64,000 bases of DNA from an uncultured virus (IMG/VR IMGVR_UViG_3300018049_000008) (IMGVR_UViG_3300018049_000008), one strand, 5' to 3'; positions 19,040 through 29,054 are shown, counted from the stretch's first letter. The notes: a model not told the origin generated them from the sequence alone. Program-made: numbers and translations.

Positions 19040-22000
19040 TTATGCTACTGTTATTTTCTTAATGTATTCTTTTTCTTTATATGTAACAATTTGATCTTCG
19101 TCAGATAAACTAGTAGTAATAGTAGATTCGCCCGTATCTGTTACACGAACTAGCTGAGCAAAGTCTGTTATTCTTGCACCTAGACCATATACTGACGGCC
19201 CTGTCGTAGCTTGTAATGCAATATTATACGACTTAAGACCTTGGCCTACGACTGCATTATCAATTCCAGCGTTTACTAGATTGCCTGAACCGTTTTCAGT
19301 ATTTACTTCTCTTTCACCAATACCAGATACCGATGAATTTGTAATACCGGCAAAACCTTGACCTCGAACTTCAACTTCACCATTACCGTTAACAACACTG
19401 TTTTCTATTCCACCGACTGCAACAACAGATTTAACTTCTCTAATTACATTACCCACAACTTGCGAGTAAAGTGTAGGAGCATCATCAGCGGTCTTGGTTA
19501 TTTCTCTTTCACCAATACCATTTACTTGTGATATCTCTGATTGAGATACACCATCCGTAAGATTAATAGTTCTCTCACCAATACCACTTGTTTCAGGAGG
19601 AGTAGTTGCAACAACAGCACTACTGTATGTTGTAATGATACGTTCACCGGGTGATGATACAATAGGTACAGTGGACGGCGTTAAATTACCACTTGTAGAA
19701 ACAATTTGTCTTTCACCAATACCAGAAGTAGATCCAGTATTAACAGGAATATTATCGGCTGTTTGCGTAATTTGTCTTTCGCCAATACTATTGACGACGG
19801 CATTATCAGCAACCAAGCTTCCGGAAGTCTCATCTATTTGTCTTTCACCGACACTGTTGACCGATGCATCTTCTGCTTGTGATATTCCAGAAGTAATTAC
19901 AATTTGTCGTTCACCAACACCAGATACAGAACTATCAGTAATACCTAAAACACCAGTCGCTGATGTTTCAATTATACCTGTACCACTTATTGAACCAGTG
20001 TTAACAGGTAGATTATCAGCTGTCTGTACAATAGTTCTTTCGACAATACCTACTAAGCTAGCATCTGTAGCTACAGCTGTGCCAACATATAGTGTGATAG
20101 TACGTTCACCCGGTGATGATACACTTGGTGTTGTAGTCGGAGCAAGTGCTCCTGATGTAGATGTAATACTACGTAAACCTATACCAGAAGTTGATCCATT
20201 ATTAATGCCTAAAATACCAGCTGTACTTTCTATTTGTCTTTCACCGACACCTGATAATGTATGATTACTCTTAGCTGGTAAATTATCAGCGGTTTGTGTA
20301 ATCTGACGTTCACTAATACCTGATACAGAAGCAGAATTAACAGGAATATTATCAGCTGTTTGTACAATAGTTCTTTCACCGATCGCACTAACACTAGCAT
20401 CACTTGCTTGCGCAAGATTTCCGGAAGTTTGATCTATCTGTCTTTCACCAATATCACTTGAAACAGAAGCATTGCTTGCTTGTAAACTGGTAGACGTAGA
20501 AACAATTTGTCGTTCACCGATACCAGATGTAGAACCAAGTGTTGATGCTGTTAATTGACCAGAACCAACTTTACCGGAAATACCAATACCAGTTGTAGAA
20601 CCAGTATTCGTTGGTAGATTATCGGCCGTTTGTACAACGGTTCTTTCACCAATAGCATTTACACTTGATATATCATATCCTGTGATATCTGCTGTCTGAT
20701 TGATTTGTCGTTCACCGGTACCTGATGTAGATCCAGTTGCAAATCCAGAAAGGTCTGCAGTTTGGGTAATCTGTCTTTCACCGGTACCTGATAGAGTATG
20801 ATTACTCTTAGCTGGTAAGTTATCTGCTGTTTGAATAATTTGTCTTTCGACGATACCTACAAGCGTATGATCACTCTTAGCTGGAAGATTATCAGCAGTC
20901 TGTGTAATCTGACGTTCACCGACACCATCAAGCTCCGGAGGTGTTGTGGCCACAACCGCAGAACTATAAGTTGTAATGATACGTTCGCCGGGTGATGATA
21001 CGACTGGTATAGTTGATGGTGTTAGCGAACCATCAGTAGTCACAACAGTTCTTAAACCAGTACCAGATGCAGAACTATTAGCAATACCTAAAATACCAAC
21101 AGCTAATGTTTCAATTGTACCTGTACCAGTTGTAGAACCTGTATTAGTAGGTAAGTTATCAGCTGTCTGTACAATAGTTCTTAAGCCGGTGCCAGATGTT
21201 GATCCTTCTGCAAAACCAGAAAGATCTGCGGTTTGAGTAATTGTACGTTCACCAACAGATGATATAGAACCGGTTACTACTTGATAGCCATCTAAACCTG
21301 AATTAGTTATTATTTGTCGTTCACCAATACCAGTTGTAGAACCTGTATTAATAGGAATATTGTCAGACGTTTGTAATATAGTTCGTAAACCAGTGCCTGC
21401 CGTAGATCCTGTTGCAAATCCTGATAGATCAGCTGTTTGAGTAATTGTTCTTAGACCAGTTCCTACGAGTGTATGATTACTCTTAGCTGGAAGATTGTCT
21501 GCTGTTTGAGTTACAGTACGTAAACCAGTGCCTGATGTAGATCCATCCTGAGCAACAACAGCTGAACTATAAGTTGTAATAGTTCTTTCACCGGGACTTG
21601 ATACAGAAGGTCCAGTTGATGCTAACAAAGAACCTGATGTTGATTTAATAGTACGTAAACCAATACCAGAAGTTGAACCAGCGGCAAATCCTGATAGATC
21701 AGCAGTCTGTGTTATAGTTCTTAGGCCAGATCCTACGAGTGTATGATCGCTCTTAGCTGGTAAGTTGTCAGCGGTCTGCGTAATCTGTCTCTCACCAATA
21801 CCAACCGTAGATCCATCTTGAGCAACGACAGCAGAACTATAAGTCGTAATAATACGTTCGCCAGGGCTTGATATTACCGGGCCGGTAGAAGCTTCCAAAG
21901 AACCTGACGTTGATTTAATAGTACGTAAGCCAGTACCAGAAGTTGAACCAGCGGTAAATCCTGATAGATCAGCAGTTTGTGTTATTTGTCTCTCACCAAT

Positions 22001-23356
22001 GCCGGACGATTCAGAATTAGCTATACCTAAAATGCCGACTTTAACGTCTTTACCTGCAAGACCGACGCCCGAAGTAGAACCAGTATTTGTCGGTAAATTA
22101 TCGGCTGTTTGCGTAATCTGCCTTTCAGCAATACCGACTAAACTTGCGTTACCAGCCTGAGCCAAAGAGCCAGAAGTTTGATCTATTTGTCTTTCACCAA
22201 CACCAGTAGTAGATCCATTTTGCGCAACAACCGCTGTGCTATAGGATACTACAGTACGCTCACCGGGTGACGATACTGAGCCAACTGTAGATGCCGTTAG
22301 TGAACCAGAAGTAGAAACTATTTGCCGTTCGCCGATACCTACAAGTGTATGATTACTTTTCGCTGGTAAATTATCGGCAGTCTGAGTAATTGTGCGTTCA
22401 CTGACGCCAGATAAACTAGCATTACCAACTTGCGCCAAAGAACCAGACGTTTGATCTATCTGACGTTCACCAATACCAGAAACAGATCCATTGGTAATAC
22501 CTAAGACACCAGCAGTTCTTTTAACCTGTCTTTCACCAATACCCGATGAACTGGCATCACCAGCTTGAGCTAAAGAACCTGAGGTTTGATCGATTTGCCG
22601 TTCACCTACACCTGAAGTAGATCCATTGGCAATACCTAAGACACCAGCAGTCCGTTTAACTTGTCTTTCACCTACACCTGAAGTAGATCCATTGGCAATA
22701 CCTAAGACACCAGCAGTCCGTTTAACTTGTCTTTCAACAATACCTGATGTTGATCCGCTAGCAATACCTAAGATACCAGCAGTTCTTTTAACCTGTCTTT
22801 CACCGACACCAGATGTAGATCCATTGGCAATACCTAAGACACCAGCCGTTCGCTTAACTTGTCTTTCACCTACACCAGATGTAGATCCATTAGCTATACC
22901 GCCAACACCAGCTGTTCGTTTAACTTGCCTCTCGCCAGTTGATGATAAACTTGCATTACCAGCTTGAGCTAAAGAACCTGAAGTTTGATCAATTTGCCGT
23001 TCGCCGATACCAGACGATGATGGAGGAGTAGTTGCTACAACAGCGGTACTATATGATACTACACTGCGTTCGCCCGGTGATGATACTGAAGGACCAGTAG
23101 AAGCAGTTAACGAACCTGATGTGGATTTGACTGTGCGTTCGCCAATGCCTGAAGTAGATCCATTGGTAATACCTAAGACACCTGCCGTTCGCTTAACCTG
23201 TCTTTCGCCGACACCTGAAGTGGATGCATTGGTTATGCCAACGAAGCCGTGACCGGCTTCTTCTGATTTTTCTACGTAGCCGTGAGGAGTAACATATAAA
23301 TCGCTACTGGCTGGGGTACCATCGTCGACGTATATAACACGTGTTAAATCACTCAC
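19040..23356 (-). CDS. Very large repeat protein (1438 aa) of about 21-23-aa G(I/V)GERQI / GLRTI units; putative fibre or decoration protein
   Basis: GTG start with GGAG RBS; dozens of S/T/G-rich units ending SG.GER(Q/T)(I/V); located just upstream of the neck genes. Confidence 0.75.
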   Translation of the reverse strand: MSDLTRVIYVDDGTPASSDLYVTPHGYVEKSEEAGHGFVGITNASTSGVGERQVKRTAGVLGITNGSTSGIGERTVKSTSGSLTASTGPSVSSPGERSVVSYSTAVVATTPPSSSGIGERQIDQTSGSLAQAGNASLSSTGERQVKRTAGVGGIANGSTSGVGERQVKRTAGVLGIANGSTSGVGERQVKRTAGILGIASGSTSGIVERQVKRTAGVLGIANGSTSGVGERQVKRTAGVLGIANGSTSGVGERQIDQTSGSLAQAGDASSSGIGERQVKRTAGVLGITNGSVSGIGERQIDQTSGSLAQVGNASLSGVSERTITQTADNLPAKSNHTLVGIGERQIVSTSGSLTASTVGSVSSPGERTVVSYSTAVVAQNGSTTGVGERQIDQTSGSLAQAGNASLVGIAERQITQTADNLPTNTGSTSGVGLAGKDVKVGILGIANSESSGIGERQITQTADLSGFTAGSTSGTGLRTIKSTSGSLEASTGPVISSPGERIITTYSSAVVAQDGSTVGIGERQITQTADNLPAKSDHTLVGSGLRTITQTADLSGFAAGSTSGIGLRTIKSTSGSLLASTGPSVSSPGERTITTYSSAVVAQDGSTSGTGLRTVTQTADNLPAKSNHTLVGTGLRTITQTADLSGFATGSTAGTGLRTILQTSDNIPINTGSTTGIGERQIITNSGLDGYQVVTGSISSVGERTITQTADLSGFAEGSTSGTGLRTIVQTADNLPTNTGSTTGTGTIETLAVGILGIANSSASGTGLRTVVTTDGSLTPSTIPVVSSPGERIITTYSSAVVATTPPELDGVGERQITQTADNLPAKSDHTLVGIVERQIIQTADNLPAKSNHTLSGTGERQITQTADLSGFATGSTSGTGERQINQTADITGYDISSVNAIGERTVVQTADNLPTNTGSTTGIGISGKVGSGQLTASTLGSTSGIGERQIVSTSTSLQASNASVSSDIGERQIDQTSGNLAQASDASVSAIGERTIVQTADNIPVNSASVSGISERQITQTADNLPAKSNHTLSGVGERQIESTAGILGINNGSTSGIGLRSITSTSGALAPTTTPSVSSPGERTITLYVGTAVATDASLVGIVERTIVQTADNLPVNTGSISGTGIIETSATGVLGITDSSVSGVGERQIVITSGISQAEDASVNSVGERQIDETSGSLVADNAVVNSIGERQITQTADNIPVNTGSTSGIGERQIVSTSGNLTPSTVPIVSSPGERIITTYSSAVVATTPPETSGIGERTINLTDGVSQSEISQVNGIGEREITKTADDAPTLYSQVVGNVIREVKSVVAVGGIENSVVNGNGEVEVRGQGFAGITNSSVSGIGEREVNTENGSGNLVNAGIDNAVVGQGLKSYNIALQATTGPSVYGLGARITDFAQLVRVTDTGESTITTSLSDEDQIVTYKEKEYIKKITVA
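22600..22930. repeat. Tandem 63-bp coding repeats (RQVKRTAGVLGIANGSTSGVGE)
   Basis: Near-identical units such as GATCCATTGGCAATACCTAAGACACCAGCAGTCCGTTTAACTTGTCTTTCA recur at 63-nt spacing. Confidence 0.85.
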
Positions 23357-23376
23357 CGATCATCTCCCATGCATAA

Positions 23377-23400
23377 CAAACAGACCCGTAGGTCTGTTTG
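23377..23400 (-). terminator. Hairpin with UNCG-type tetraloop (C-UACG-G), probable terminator or attenuator
   Basis: Perfect 10-bp stem CAAACAGACC-TACG-GGTCTGTTTG followed by TTAT, between the 133-aa and 1438-aa genes. Confidence 0.65.
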
Positions 23401-23457
23401 CTTTTCAGTTTACCATGTGGGTAACTGAATATGTAGTTACCCAAGAGATTCATACTA

Positions 23458-23859
23458 TTAAGCTGGAGCGGTGTAAGTAAGTGAGCTTACTGACAATGTG
23501 TCACCAGAACCAATCGCTGTAGATGACAGCTGAATAGAACCAGTACCAGTGTTATCGTCAGATACATCGCCTTGGAAAACTACTGCTGCGTTCGAATCAC
23601 GAACCTCAAACTTAGTAATTGTTCCTTCGTTACAGTTCGTATTAGCAGTGATGGCGTTAGCCGTGGCTACACCAGCAGGGTTACCACCGCCTGAACCCGA
23701 CGCATCGAAAGCAGGATCACTAAAAGTAAGAGTTGCAACCGTTGCATCTGCAGCGGTCAAGAATACAAGCGTTCCAGCTGAAGCGCCACCGTCAATAAGG
23801 TCGACGACAGTATTAGTGATTGCGTCCCTGGTTGCTGTTGGATGTGTTAATGTCGCCAT
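23458..23859 (-). CDS. Small virion structural protein (133 aa)
   Basis: AGGAG RBS; A/T/G/S-rich; LTFSDPAF...GTIT.F...D......QG.V.........LSST.I..G..V..SS.TY pattern typical of small phage structural beta-proteins; late promoter upstream. Confidence 0.7.
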   Translation of the reverse strand: MATLTHPTATRDAITNTVVDLIDGGASAGTLVFLTAADATVATLTFSDPAFDASGSGGGNPAGVATANAITANTNCNEGTITKFEVRDSNAAVVFQGDVSDDNTGTGSIQLSSTAIGSGDTLSVSSLTYTAPA

Positions 23860-23998
23860 TTAAACTATCTCCTGTTGAGTTTTTTTGCTTTAAATAAAGT
23901 TTAGCTACAGTGCCGTCGGCTTTCTTAACCTCTAGAACACCAGATAAACCAGCGCCTTTTAATTTTTCGGCTAATGTTTTATCTTTACCCGTAGTCAT
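23813..23998 (-). CDS. Small hypothetical protein (61 aa)
   Basis: Late promoter (24011-24018) and GGAG RBS directly upstream; overlaps the next gene by 47 nt. Confidence 0.5.
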   Translation of the reverse strand: MTTGKDKTLAEKLKGAGLSGVLEVKKADGTVAKLYLKQKNSTGDSLNGDINTSNSNQGRNH

Positions 23999-24010
23999 TA
24001 TCTACTCCAT

Positions 24011-24018
24011 TATTTATA
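24011..24018 (-). promoter_or_regulatory. T4-type late promoter TATAAATA
   Basis: Exact consensus in the intergenic gap. Confidence 0.8.
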
Positions 24019-24029
24019 AGAATCAATTT

Positions 24030-24671
24030 TTAACTTGCGTTTCTAATGCTCAGAGAACCCCAATAATAAGTCGTCCCAGCATTATTTATAATACTAATTG
24101 TATAAACATCTATAGCACTGGCACCAGTAGATTCGGGTGGTTCTACATTTTCTGCCCAATATAAAGCTCCAGGCCAAGATGCAGCTCGACTACCTGTATT
24201 ATCTTGTTGATGTATAACAGTAATTGTTTGTGAATATCCTGATGCTGGACCATTAGAAAAACTAAAAGTAGTTGTACCTGCTCCAGCTACATGCCAGAAA
24301 ACTGATCCGGCCGATAAATCTAATGCTGCTGTTGTACCAGATGATGTAATTATTTTTTCTCTAAAAGGTGCACCAGCCTCAATTGTACCACCAAACGGAG
24401 CAAACCGGACGGTGCCATCAGCATCTGCTTCAATTATTGGTACACCAGAACCATCAGCTGCAGCAAAAATTGTACCGCTCAAATCATTTGCAATTGAAAA
24501 TAATTGGCCAGCCGACCCACTAAAATCGAGCGTAGTAGTTGTTCCATCATCTGTTACAGATAATGTAATTGGATCTCCCGATGTTCCGCCGCTTTTAAAT
24601 TCGATCTTTGGATCATTGCTAGCGTTGCCATCATTTGGAGTAATTAATAGATCGCGGTCAGTAGTGGCCAT
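24030..24671 (-). CDS. Tail-fibre-associated protein (213 aa)
   Basis: DRDLLITPN, GSAGQLFSI.NDLSGTIF...D.SG.P.IE...DG motifs of phage fibre proteins; C-terminal YWAE.VEPP...IDVY...GSLSIRNA domain shared with 34931..36109. Confidence 0.7.
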   Translation of the reverse strand: MATTDRDLLITPNDGNASNDPKIEFKSGGTSGDPITLSVTDDGTTTTLDFSGSAGQLFSIANDLSGTIFAAADGSGVPIIEADADGTVRFAPFGGTIEAGAPFREKIITSSGTTAALDLSAGSVFWHVAGAGTTTFSFSNGPASGYSQTITVIHQQDNTGSRAASWPGALYWAENVEPPESTGASAIDVYTISIINNAGTTYYWGSLSIRNAS

Positions 24672-24693
24672 TTAATCTTCCTATGTGTATAGT

Positions 24694-24701
24694 TATTTAT
24701 A
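24694..24701 (-). promoter_or_regulatory. T4-type late promoter TATAAATA
   Basis: Exact consensus overlapping the stop of 24697..26100, 23 nt upstream of the ATG at 24671. Confidence 0.75.
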
Positions 24702-26100
24702 CGCCGTAATTTCCACGAGATGCATTAAAGTTTTGTAGTATTTCTGTGTCTGATAAAACTCTATTATAAAATTTCATAGAAGGTATTTCTCCTTGAAATC
24801 TTTGATTAGGATCAACAGAAGGAGTCGCTGAGTTGCTATCTAATTCTTGACCTACACAAATTCCATTTGCATATGCAATCGAAAAAGTAGATGTTGTTGC
24901 ACGCGTGCCGAGAGAAACCCCATTTATAAAGACTTCTACAGATCCTCCAGATCCTGTTGCTACAAAGTGATAATAGACATCAGTCGTAGGTGTAAAACTC
25001 CACGTAACTTTAGCAGTATTTTCAAATTCTATATTGCCAGTAGTTTGTCTAAAATACCAAAGAAAATTATTTGCTGAACCTGTTTGTAGAAATGTGTCGA
25101 TATCACCACTACTCAATGCTGTTCTTTTTAACCATATATCAATTGTCCATGTACCAGACGAAGCCTGAGCAGAAAGCGCAGATGATTCGATGTCTAAACG
25201 TGACGTACTATTCGTAAAAGAAAATCTTTCTGGTAATTGCAAATCAGTCGTATTTGCAATAGAATATGTCAAATTAGTCTGTGTAATAGCAGCAGGATTA
25301 GGTGCTAAATCAACTATAGATTCTGTATTACTTCTAGTTTGAGTACTAGTTGCTGTCTTAGGTATAACATATTTAGATGGAGTATTACCTACTTCGAGCT
25401 GCCAATTAGCAACTTTTGTTATACCTCTTCCGCCATAATGACCATAATTATATTGGCTCCATGTGGCGTTCAAACCACGATTTGCACCTATTGTAAATAT
25501 ACACCACAATCTTTCCCATGTATGTGTTCTTGTGTTATATTTTTTACCAGTTCCGGAACTATTAGATAATCCATCGTGAAAATTGTTTTGTGTTCCTGTC
25601 GTATTTTGACCATACAATCCACAGTTAGCTGATTTACTCGTATTTGTAGTCCATTGATCCCATGATATAACGTAATTATCACCTAAACCTAAACCACATT
25701 TGGCTGGAGTATTGTAGCTGCCATCTATACCAAAACCAGCATACATCCATGATCCGTCACCAATGTCTCTCATCGTAACGACCGGATAGCCTAATTCTTC
25801 TTCGTATGTCCAAATACCATGATATGTGTTTTTGTAATTTTGTACACCACTATTAATTTTAGATGAAATATTAGAGCCGGCTCTATTGTAAACTTTAATA
25901 GCATCATGATGATTTAGGGCCCATCTGCCGCCTGATACCGTTCCACTATAGCTAGAAAAGGCATCGGACTGCGTCATATTACGATCAGCATTACCGTTTT
26001 CTTCGATATTTGTAGTAGGCGCACCTCGAAAACTTTTATCATTAAACATATCATAATAGAATGTCAATCCATTTGTAACTATACTATTTTTTATAGACAT
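24697..26100 (-). CDS. LamG / concanavalin A-like domain virion protein (467 aa)
   Basis: IVTNGL..YYD...KSF.G N-terminus; YHFVAT....VFING...F.G.I...KFYNRVLS..EILQNFNA.R..YG C-terminal LamG signature. Confidence 0.85.
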   Translation of the reverse strand: MSIKNSIVTNGLTFYYDMFNDKSFRGAPTTNIEENGNADRNMTQSDAFSSYSGTVSGGRWALNHHDAIKVYNRAGSNISSKINSGVQNYKNTYHGIWTYEEELGYPVVTMRDIGDGSWMYAGFGIDGSYNTPAKCGLGLGDNYVISWDQWTTNTSKSANCGLYGQNTTGTQNNFHDGLSNSSGTGKKYNTRTHTWERLWCIFTIGANRGLNATWSQYNYGHYGGRGITKVANWQLEVGNTPSKYVIPKTATSTQTRSNTESIVDLAPNPAAITQTNLTYSIANTTDLQLPERFSFTNSTSRLDIESSALSAQASSGTWTIDIWLKRTALSSGDIDTFLQTGSANNFLWYFRQTTGNIEFENTAKVTWSFTPTTDVYYHFVATGSGGSVEVFINGVSLGTRATTSTFSIAYANGICVGQELDSNSATPSVDPNQRFQGEIPSMKFYNRVLSDTEILQNFNASRGNYGV

Positions 26101-27002
26101 TACATTCTACCTCGAAGAGCGTTGTAAATATCATTTACTTCAGCAGCACTCAATGCTTCTTGCCATATACCAATCCATGCAATATCACCAGTAAAATAAT
26201 TAACAGGTGAGCCACTTTGCGAATCAAAACCGATAGTAATAGGCCAATCATCACATCCATTTCCTACTGAGCCTGTAGCATCAGTTGTAGCTACACCATT
26301 TAAATATTGTTTAAATCTATAATTGCCTACTTTGGTGGTAGCGGTACCTCCTGAAACAAATGTACCGGGATCTGATTGAGCATATGATATAGTACTGGTC
26401 GTTGCACCAGTTAAAGCAAAAGTTCCGTTATAGCCTGAAGGTGATAGACCTGATACGGTAATTCTATCATTTAATGGCCCAGACGCGTTATAAATAAAAT
26501 TACCATTGTGAGTGACATTTAGAGTTGTTGTTCCAGAAGTGTGTGAACCACCAGTCACAGTATAAGTTAATGGTGGTCTTGCAACATAATCAACCACCAT
26601 CGTAACATTAGCCCAACCATTGATAGAATGTGCCTGTGCAGCGGATCCGCCATAAACATATGATCTAAATTCATCACCATCGTACCATATGCCCCACTCT
26701 GGTCCATAGTTGTCGGTAATGATAGGCTTATTTGCAGCGGTATTTAAAGTCGGTCTACATAAAACACTAACAGTAGATTGTCTATTATCAACTCCGAAAC
26801 CATTTGGTGTAGATGGTGTCATCGTACCACTACTTGTACTTCCATTAAAAGTAAAATATCCAGCAGAATTATAAGTTACATTCGCGAGATTGAAGTTATT
26901 ATTATATCCTGATATATCAGTCCATACTGTGCCTGTGCCCGGATAACTTTTTGAGTTACGAGCATCGACAAGACAACGAAGAAATTTTTGTGGAATTGCC
27001 AT
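26100..27002 (-). CDS. LamG / concanavalin A-like domain protein (300 aa) with an inserted beta module
   Basis: DA.N.KSYPGTGT.W.DISG..N, YLNG, F.GDIA...IW..ALSA.EV..IYNA. Confidence 0.85.
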   Translation of the reverse strand: MAIPQKFLRCLVDARNSKSYPGTGTVWTDISGYNNNFNLANVTYNSAGYFTFNGSTSSGTMTPSTPNGFGVDNRQSTVSVLCRPTLNTAANKPIITDNYGPEWGIWYDGDEFRSYVYGGSAAQAHSINGWANVTMVVDYVARPPLTYTVTGGSHTSGTTTLNVTHNGNFIYNASGPLNDRITVSGLSPSGYNGTFALTGATTSTISYAQSDPGTFVSGGTATTKVGNYRFKQYLNGVATTDATGSVGNGCDDWPITIGFDSQSGSPVNYFTGDIAWIGIWQEALSAAEVNDIYNALRGRM

Positions 27003-27691
27003 TAGCTCAGTGTCAAGGACGCTAAATGATGTCCTTGCCTCCCTGTATCATTTGTTGTAACCTGATTACTGGCGTCTAAAGTACCCGGCAATAATATTTT
27101 ATATGACCAATCCATATTATCCAAAGTAACTTTGTTTTCGCCGTCGTAATATTCAGTCCAATCATTTGGAGTAAATGTTGGTATTGGATTTTGAATATAA
27201 GTTGTTTGTTGCCTACCTGTTAAAAAATATAATTTAAGGCGTACTGTATTTGCTGATACTGTAGCTGGAGAATCGGCGGCTATTGTAGAATTTAAAGAGC
27301 TTGGACCATCTGCAAAAGCAGTGTTACCTATTGTCACAGATGATATTGGAGCATTGCCTCTAAAAATATGAATAACACCAGAATAGTAATCGGCTAAGCT
27401 TGAAACAACACTTACTGAACCACTATCACCTGATTGCAAAATTCTATAGAATGTTTGTCCTTCAGGATATTCTGATCCATCTTCATTTGTTACTATACTT
27501 GTCCATCCTGTTGGTGTACTAATGGTAATTGATGAATCCCACCATGCACTAATAATGGCCAAGTCGCCGGCTTGCCATCCAGTAGGAAAGGTAAAAGTCA
27601 TGGTATTTTGTTGAGTACCCTCTCTTTCCATGTCTGAACCAATTTTTCGAAGAGCTCTTAAATTAGAAGTTGTTCCAAATTTTACGGACAT
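27002..27691 (-). CDS. Hypothetical virion-associated protein (229 aa)
   Basis: PTG.QAGDL.I...TPTGWT...FYRI...GD motif typical of phage surface beta-sandwich domains; coupled overlaps on both sides. Confidence 0.6.
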   Translation of the reverse strand: MSVKFGTTSNLRALRKIGSDMEREGTQQNTMTFTFPTGWQAGDLAIISAWWDSSITISTPTGWTSIVTNEDGSEYPEGQTFYRILQSGDSGSVSVVSSLADYYSGVIHIFRGNAPISSVTIGNTAFADGPSSLNSTIAADSPATVSANTVRLKLYFLTGRQQTTYIQNPIPTFTPNDWTEYYDGENKVTLDNMDWSYKILLPGTLDASNQVTTNDTGRQGHHLASLTLS

Positions 27692-27801
27692 CAGTCGTCA
27701 TCCTGATTTACTGCCGTATTCAATCTTTCTAATTCTTCATGACATTCTTGTGAACAACAAATATCTTCGCATTCACAATGACAAATTGCACACTCATTCA
27801 T
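27691..27801 (-). CDS. Unannotated 36-aa Cys-rich peptide MNECAICHCECEDICCSQECHEELERLNTAVNQDDD (putative zinc-binding)
   Basis: Below the ORF-track cutoff. GAGGT RBS; ATG overlaps the end of the upstream gene; TGA overlaps the next ATG (TGATG); fills the gap exactly; CxxC...CSxxC pattern. Confidence 0.7.
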   Translation of the reverse strand: MNECAICHCECEDICCSQECHEELERLNTAVNQDDD

Positions 27802-28669
27802 ATTCCACCTCTAACTTATCGATGTCTTTGCGCTCTGCGAAGATGTGATAGTAACAATTAACTTGATCTACGCTACGAATATGAACTTGATTATTTTCTA
27901 TTTTCTTAACCCATAAATGTTGAGGATGGCCGATCGCAGTTAATTGTACTGTGATTGTTGATTCATCTACAAGGCCTACCCAATAATCTGGCAAGTCGAT
28001 AACTTGTTCTGTAGTTTTACCTCGCACATACACACCAAATTCTGGTCCCTCTAATGATCCATGACGTAATCCCATGCCTTCTTTAGTAGGATGTGGAATG
28101 TCGAATGACTTAGACGTGGCATACAGCGCACCTTGAATACCAACACCGCCCGTGACTTTTAAAGCGCCTGTGCTAGTATTGCTAGACGCAGTTGCATTGG
28201 AAATTGTAGTAACTGCACTAAATGTTTTTGCACCGCTAAACGTCTGTGTAGTCGAAAGATGTGCGGTATCAGCATCCAAATAAGCAGAAGCAATAACACT
28301 ACCTTGCCATGTACCAGATGTTATAGTACCAAGTGTTGCTACGTTGGTTGATCCTGTCCAACCATCGAGACTATCAGGCGTTACTGCTCGAGTAGCATCA
28401 GTACCAGTATTTGTTTCAGCGATGGTGGCTAACTCAACTACGCCGGCATTGGTAGTATTAGCAGTTTCTGCTGTGATTGTAATAGATCCTGCACCATTAG
28501 TAATATCAATACCATTTCCTGGCGTGAGAGTACCAATAGTCGGACTTCTTGCGGCTCCAGTATTACCAATTACTAATTGGCCGTTAGTTGTTGGTAAAAG
28601 AGATGTGAAGTTTGCGTCAAGCTCAGTGTGTGTAAGAGCATCATCATCTGCACGTAGAATGATCGCCAT
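27794..28669 (-). CDS. Short tail-fibre-like protein (291 aa)
   Basis: LTHTELDANF N-terminus; T4 gp34/gp12-type repeat A.TT.AGVVELAT.AET.TGTD.TRAVTP; S.STGAL.V.GGVGI; C-terminal KSFDIPHP...LRHGSLEGPE.GVY.RG domain. Confidence 0.8.
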   Translation of the reverse strand: MAIILRADDDALTHTELDANFTSLLPTTNGQLVIGNTGAARSPTIGTLTPGNGIDITNGAGSITITAETANTTNAGVVELATIAETNTGTDATRAVTPDSLDGWTGSTNVATLGTITSGTWQGSVIASAYLDADTAHLSTTQTFSGAKTFSAVTTISNATASSNTSTGALKVTGGVGIQGALYATSKSFDIPHPTKEGMGLRHGSLEGPEFGVYVRGKTTEQVIDLPDYWVGLVDESTITVQLTAIGHPQHLWVKKIENNQVHIRSVDQVNCYYHIFAERKDIDKLEVEYE

Positions 28670-28672
28670 TTA

Positions 28673-29020
28673 CTAACTCCCTAAAATTGTAACGCTAGGT
28701 TTAATAAACACTTTACCATCCATAATTCTTTCTATATTTGTATTTCCTGATTCGTACATAACAACGTCATATACATATCTCACACTGGTATCGAGTGTAC
28801 TAGTCTGTGTCGAGTTCAAACTCAATTGAATTACACCACCGTTGGCGTCTACAACAGCAGTGCTGAATGAAATAGTGGTAGGATCAGAATAAGTTTTCTT
28901 CATTCCTCCACTAAACAATTTATTATTAATGTCTTTAGCTGCGCCATTTGTGTCAACAATGAATACTTTAATAGTAGCGTCAGCACCTTCGACTATGGTT
29001 AAATCTTCGGTACGGGCCAT
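28673..29020 (-). CDS. Small virion structural protein (115 aa)
   Basis: DL.I..GA....G.I.LSL...QT..L...RYVYDV......R...G.....PSVT pattern common in T4-like late regions; late promoter upstream. Confidence 0.7.
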   Translation of the reverse strand: MARTEDLTIVEGADATIKVFIVDTNGAAKDINNKLFSGGMKKTYSDPTTISFSTAVVDANGGVIQLSLNSTQTSTLDTSVRYVYDVVMYESGNTNIERIMDGKVFIKPSVTILGS

Positions 29021-29045
29021 GAGAGAAACGTCCTCGTTTTACTTT

Positions 29046-29053
29046 TATTTATA
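29046..29053 (-). promoter_or_regulatory. T4-type late promoter TATAAATA
   Basis: Exact consensus in the intergenic gap. Confidence 0.8.
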
Positions 29054-29054
29054 A

